From Clostridia bacterium (GTDB lineage: Bacteria; Bacillota; Clostridia; Christensenellales; UBA1242), in contig JAGCEE010000275.1 of the NCBI GenBank assembly GCA_017650795.1, positions 1 to 60,302 on the forward strand: 60,302 bases of DNA, written 5' to 3'. Below, piece by piece: positions 56,362 to 60,302 of the stretch (its first letter is position 1; every line of letters starts with the position of its first letter). Position numbers and translations under genes: made by a program. A model generated the notes under the pieces. It saw nothing but the letters and a program-made list of their open reading frames with translations. It did no database searches and was not told the DNA's origin.

Positions 56362-56715
56362 GTGACAAACACCAATAATAGTCAAAATATTGCAAAACAA
56401 TCGCCAAGGGATATTTGGGGTAAAGTAATAATATATTTAAGAGAGCATCATGCAGTTGCCCTTCATATAGCCTGTGGCGACATTACAGATGTTGATTTTA
56501 TAGACGATAAGTTTATAATTAGGACGGCGGAAGATTTTATATATCAACTATTAGAAAATGAAGATAATAAAAAAGAATTATATTCTGCATTTAATAGTCT
56601 TGGCATAAAAGATATAGAGATTATTAAAAAAGAAAAAACATTTACAAAAGCTCAAATTGATTTAAAAATATTAAGAGAAAAATTTGGGGATTTGTTAGAA
56701 ATAGAAGGAGAATAA
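56362..56715 (+). CDS. ORF resembling the C-terminal domain of full-length DnaX (tau), in the +1 frame relative to dnaX
   Basis: The frame is open from 56305, through the A9 run. DIWGKVIIYLREHHAVALHIACGD...FIIRTAEDF...ELYSAFNSLGIKDIEII resembles my recollection of the Firmicute DnaX C-terminus. The GTG start has only a weak, distant AGGG. Confidence 0.45.
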   Translation: MTNTNNSQNIAKQSPRDIWGKVIIYLREHHAVALHIACGDITDVDFIDDKFIIRTAEDFIYQLLENEDNKKELYSAFNSLGIKDIEIIKKEKTFTKAQIDLKILREKFGDLLEIEGE

Positions 56716-56716
56716 T

Positions 56717-57049
56717 ATGAACGGATATAGAGGTGGTTTTGGCGGTGGTTTTGGTGGCGCAAATTTGCAAAACCTAATGCGTCAAGCGCAAAAAATGCAA
56801 GAGGATATGCAAAAGAGCAAAGAGGAAATAGAGAATACTGATTTTACTGCAAGCGTTGGTGGAGGAATGGTTAGTGTTGTTATTGGCGGAAATCGACGAG
56901 TAAAAAGAATAGACATAAAACCAGAAGTTGTTGACCCTGATGATATAGAAATGTTAACCGACTTAATTTCTGCCGGCGTAAATGATGCACTTGCTCAAAT
57001 AGAACAAGCCGAAAAAGACAAACTTCCTCAAATGCCGGCGGGGTTTTAA
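56717..57049 (+). CDS. ybaB: Nucleoid-associated protein YbaB/EbfC
   Basis: 110 aa. QAQKMQEDMQK...ASVGGGMVSVVIGGNRRVKRIDIKPEVVDPDD. Conserved dnaX-ybaB-recR order. Confidence 0.9.
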   Translation: MNGYRGGFGGGFGGANLQNLMRQAQKMQEDMQKSKEEIENTDFTASVGGGMVSVVIGGNRRVKRIDIKPEVVDPDDIEMLTDLISAGVNDALAQIEQAEKDKLPQMPAGF

Positions 57050-57052
57050 TAT

Positions 57053-57643
57053 ATGTCAAAATTAGAAAGTTTAGAGCGATTGGTAAATGCATTTAGGTCG
57101 CTTCCGGGTGTAGGTTATAAAACTGCCCAAAGATACGCATACAGCATATTAGCAAAACCAGAAGAAGAAGTAAAAGCATTTTCGGATGCCATGCAAGATG
57201 CAAAACATTTAATTAAGTTTTGTGAAGAATGTGGGAATTTTAGCGAAACAAAAATTTGTGAAAACTGCATGAAAAATTCTGCCGAAGTAATATGCGTTGT
57301 TGCAGAGCCAAAAGATGCAATTATAATGGAAAAACTAAAAAACTTTAATGGTGCGTTGCATGTTCTGCACGGTTGTATTAACCCACTTGAGCATAAATCT
57401 CCAAATGATATTAGAATAAAAGAATTAGTTGCCCGAGTGCAAAAACATAAGACCAAAGAAGTTATTATGGCAACCAATCCAGATGTTGCTGGCGATACCA
57501 CTGCCTATTATATTGCAGAATTATTAAGGCCTCTTGGCGTAAAAGTGACAAGAATTGCTCAGGGTGTTTCTATGGGCACAGATCTTGAATTTGCCGATGA
57601 GGTGACATTAAATAGAGCATTGGAATTAAGAAATGATTTATAA
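57053..57643 (+). CDS. recR: Recombination protein RecR
   Basis: LPGVGYKTAQRYAY (HhH motif), a Cys4 zinc finger (CEECGN...CENC) and a Toprim region (VCVVAEPKD). Confidence 0.95.
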   Translation: MSKLESLERLVNAFRSLPGVGYKTAQRYAYSILAKPEEEVKAFSDAMQDAKHLIKFCEECGNFSETKICENCMKNSAEVICVVAEPKDAIIMEKLKNFNGALHVLHGCINPLEHKSPNDIRIKELVARVQKHKTKEVIMATNPDVAGDTTAYYIAELLRPLGVKVTRIAQGVSMGTDLEFADEVTLNRALELRNDL

Positions 57644-57713
57644 TGAATTTAAAAAAAATAATTACTTCAAAATAGTATTAAATTAAAATTTAAAAAAATA
57701 ATAAAATATGAAA

Positions 57714-57750
57714 AAATAAGGCTTTTTAAATTATTTTAGGCCTTATTTTT
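57714..57750. terminator. Bidirectional terminator between recR and spoIIE
   Basis: AAATAAGGC (57714-57722) pairs with GCCTTATTT (57740-57748). A/T runs flank the hairpin on both sides. Confidence 0.55.
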
Positions 57751-57855
57751 ATTTATAATTTTTTAAAAATATTTTTTATAAAAAAATATTAGCATTGGCT
57801 TTTTAATAAAAACAAAATGGTTTGTATTCAATAATATTTTTTTTGGTGCAAAATA

Positions 57856-60156
57856 TTATTTTTCAAACACTTTTACAACAATAACACTCATATCATCTTT
57901 TGCAACGTTATTAGAGAGCTCTAATGCCTTATTTATTATTTCATCGGCAACAGCTTTTGGTGTTGTTGCGGTTATGTTATTTATAAAATCCGACAAATAT
58001 TCTAGTGAAGGAAAACTATCTGTAATCCCATCTGTCATAATAATAATCTTATCGCCACTACTTAAATAGTTTTGACTGATTTTGCTTTCTGCATTTTGGA
58101 CAATGCCAAGAGGAAGCGAACTTAAATTTACAACTTCTATTGTTTCTTTATGTTTAATAAAGCTTTCTGGCGCACCCATTTTTATAAAATCAGCAAGACC
58201 GCTATTTGTGTCAACTACACAAAGGTCTAATGCACTAAACACATCGTCTTTTCCAATACTTAGTAATTTGTTTACACTAGATAATATTATTTCCCTATCA
58301 AAACCAGCTTTAAAAAAATTTTCAATAAGTCCAATTGCGGTTGAACTCGTCTTTTCTGCAAGAAGTCCACTCCCCATTCCGTCGCACAAAGCAAAAAGGT
58401 ATTTGCCACCTTTAATTTTTATTATCGAATAGCAATCGCCACTTTTGTAAGAGCCTGTTTTTGTTTTTGTTGATACAGCAAAGACAACATCATATTTTGG
58501 AGCCGTTTTTAGTGTTAATAAATCCCAACCTGCACGAGAACTAGCACTTTCGGAAATTACCTCCATTTTTTGATTACATATTTTACTAATTACTTTAACT
58601 ATTCCCCCTCGTTTGCTATCACTTGATCTAACACAAATTGTGACCGACTTTGTATTATCGGCATCATCAAAAACAAGAGCATCCGAGCAAATAATATTGT
58701 TGTAAGTAAGTTCGTCTAAAATCTTTTTTTCTTTTCCTTGCTCAAATTTAACCCCATATGCAACCTCTTGTGATAAATCATGCATTATCTCACTAACTCC
58801 CAAAAATTGTTCTGCCAAAAGAACCCTACTGGCATCAATATTATTAACTAGTCCTGCATAGTTTTTATATTGGTCTACCAAATCGTTTGTTGTGCTTAAT
58901 ATTCCGTTTAATCGTTCACACTTTCCGGCAAAATTGCTAGGAATATCCAAAAGTGTAATCCTGCCTTTATTAAAACCAATTTCAATTATGTTTTTTAATG
59001 AATTGTTTGTGTCTAGGGCTTGAAAATTATGACATTTATTAAATGCAACACAGTTTTTACAATTCTTTAATCGCAGTTCATTCAAAGCCATTTTTTTGGC
59101 ATTGTTTTGGTTTATTCCACTACTTATCATTCCCCTATACACTCTGTTCATTTCACTAAAAACATCAGAGAGTTCATTTAACCTAAACTTCAACATCTCT
59201 CGATTGCGATTTATTACACTTTGTTGTGTCATGCAAGATAAGGTGCTTGTAAAGTCGGTTCCTATTTTATCTAATACTTTGCATGGTATTAAAATATAAA
59301 TAAGGCTAGCCACAATAACCGGGATTACAGAAAAAACCGAAAGGTTTTCTGGATACATTAAATACAAACTTACGGCGCAATCAACGGCAATTATAGAAAT
59401 AATAGATATGTATTTATATTTTGTTTTAAATACACATAGCGATAATCCATAAATAACAAAAAGTGATAAAAATTCCGGGCTGTTTGTCGCAAGCAAACTA
59501 CCCATGCCAAAAGAAAGAGAAACAAGCAAAATTGTTGTAAAGTTTGTGGTATATGAAAGTAATAAAAGCACTAGCACGCCAACAAACTTTATTAAGCTAA
59601 TTTCAAAAAAAACTATTTGGCTAAGGCCTGTTGCGATTGCAGTTGCAAACAAAAAGGCGCAGATTATTTCCAAAACGGTAAACCTTCCACATATTCCTCT
59701 AACACAAAATGCTTCAAATATTTTTATGCATGCCAGCATAAATAATAGTTCCAACACAAATTCGGCGATGCTTGCATAAAGATTATAATTTAAATAGTAT
59801 GTTTGAATAAATACCATTGGCAAATTATAAATAAAGGCATATACGAATAAATGGATATATCTTAATGGTTTTTTAATTTTGTAATGTATAAAATATATAA
59901 AGGCAAATAATGTACACATTATTGTGTTTCCAAGTAGTAAATATGGTGAAAAATTACACAAATAAGAAGCCAATAAAAATGATAAACCAAGCCCAACAAT
60001 ATTTTGATTACACCAAACTAATGCAAAAAATATTCCAATAGAAAATGGGAAAACAATGCCACCAATGTTTGCTAAAAATGACACATAAAAAAGTACAAAA
60101 AAAATAGTAAATTTAAAAACAATATTTAGTTTATTTTTTCTAGATAAAAAATTCAT
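57856..60156 (-). CDS. spoIIE: Stage II sporulation protein E (polytopic membrane PP2C phosphatase)
   Basis: 766 aa with about 10 N-terminal TM helices, a central regulatory region and a C-terminal PP2C/SpoIIE domain (SGDCYS...CDGMGSG...IIMTDGITD...DDMSVIVVKV). Confidence 0.85.
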   Translation of the reverse strand: MNFLSRKNKLNIVFKFTIFFVLFYVSFLANIGGIVFPFSIGIFFALVWCNQNIVGLGLSFLLASYLCNFSPYLLLGNTIMCTLFAFIYFIHYKIKKPLRYIHLFVYAFIYNLPMVFIQTYYLNYNLYASIAEFVLELLFMLACIKIFEAFCVRGICGRFTVLEIICAFLFATAIATGLSQIVFFEISLIKFVGVLVLLLLSYTTNFTTILLVSLSFGMGSLLATNSPEFLSLFVIYGLSLCVFKTKYKYISIISIIAVDCAVSLYLMYPENLSVFSVIPVIVASLIYILIPCKVLDKIGTDFTSTLSCMTQQSVINRNREMLKFRLNELSDVFSEMNRVYRGMISSGINQNNAKKMALNELRLKNCKNCVAFNKCHNFQALDTNNSLKNIIEIGFNKGRITLLDIPSNFAGKCERLNGILSTTNDLVDQYKNYAGLVNNIDASRVLLAEQFLGVSEIMHDLSQEVAYGVKFEQGKEKKILDELTYNNIICSDALVFDDADNTKSVTICVRSSDSKRGGIVKVISKICNQKMEVISESASSRAGWDLLTLKTAPKYDVVFAVSTKTKTGSYKSGDCYSIIKIKGGKYLFALCDGMGSGLLAEKTSSTAIGLIENFFKAGFDREIILSSVNKLLSIGKDDVFSALDLCVVDTNSGLADFIKMGAPESFIKHKETIEVVNLSSLPLGIVQNAESKISQNYLSSGDKIIIMTDGITDSFPSLEYLSDFINNITATTPKAVADEIINKALELSNNVAKDDMSVIVVKVFEK

Positions 60157-60215
60157 AAAACAACCCTTATGTATTGTTTTATAATTTTAATTTATTCTTA
60201 AAAAATAAATAAAAA

Positions 60216-60244
60216 AGAAATGTGAATATTTTTGTCACATTTCT
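60216..60244 (-). terminator. Intrinsic terminator of the gene entering from the right edge of the window
   Basis: Perfect 10-bp stem AGAAATGTGA/TCACATTTCT. On the minus strand it is followed by a T-run (complement of 60211-60216). Confidence 0.7.
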
Positions 60245-60263
60245 TCTAATTTAAAAGAAAAGA

Positions 60264-60302
60264 TTATTTTTTTTCTGCAAGCAAATCCCTAATTTGTTTT
60301 AA
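60264..60302 (-). CDS. 3' end of an unidentified gene, truncated by the window edge
   Basis: The minus frame reads ...LKQIRDLLAEKK* and is followed directly by the terminator. Too short to identify. Confidence 0.3.
   Translation of the reverse strand, partial: LKQIRDLLAEKK

Noticed and set aside
60157-60215. Spo0A boxes in the spoIIE promoter region.
   Set aside because: No TGNCGAA match was found in the short upstream region, so no claim is made.
1-60302. Alternative genetic code (TGA = Trp, Mollicutes-like), suggested by the very low GC content.
   Set aside because: Long conserved genes (leuS, dnaE, addA, mnmG) are full-length and correctly terminated under the standard code. Trp positions are encoded without any need for TGA read-through.
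1-60302. CRISPR arrays, IS elements, prophage or toxin-antitoxin modules.
   Set aside because: I saw no regularly spaced direct repeats, transposase or integrase motifs, or phage structural genes. The only multi-copy short repeats are the DnaA-box repeat and the 10-mer upstream of spo0A.
1-60302. Attempt to locate the origin from GC skew by eye.
   Set aside because: Hand counts of G versus C on a few 60-nt lines gave inconsistent signs, dominated by coding-strand effects and sampling noise. A proper cumulative skew over the whole chromosome is required.

Overview
Strongly AT-rich chromosomal window (composition judged by eye, not computed). It uses the standard genetic code: long ORFs stay intact with TGA as stop. 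It appears to come from a low-GC, endospore-lineage Firmicute. All calls rest on motif and synteny recognition in the supplied translations and on reading the DNA directly; no searches were run.

Content:
- Origin-region housekeeping genes: rpmH-rnpA-yidD-yidC-jag, dnaA, dnaN, mnmG-rsmG, dnaX-ybaB-recR, dnaE, addBA.
- Sporulation regulators: sigH, spo0A, spoIIE, whiA.
- Translation and RNA genes: leuS, rlmB, mrnC, tlyA, one tRNA-Glu(CUC), and a long Bacillus-type SRP RNA.
- Envelope and surface proteins, including a ~2517-aa membrane-anchored giant protein next to an orphan VirD4/TraG-like coupling ATPase.
- Not seen: rRNA, CRISPR array, transposase, integrase or phage module.

Most notable observations:
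1. dnaX stops just after an A9 tract. The +1 frame runs through that tract into a tau-C-terminus-like ORF, so this is either candidate programmed slippage or a homopolymer error.
2. spo0A is frameshifted inside its receiver domain.
3. Perfect DnaA boxes occur in two clusters (31.2-31.4 kb and 43.8-44.0 kb), neither next to dnaA. dnaA itself is tightly coupled to an RNHCP zinc-ribbon gene behind a promoter that looks leaderless.
4. A HEPN(RNxxxH)-CBS fusion gene lies divergent from rpmH.
5. A stem-loop array sits between dnaN and gpmI.
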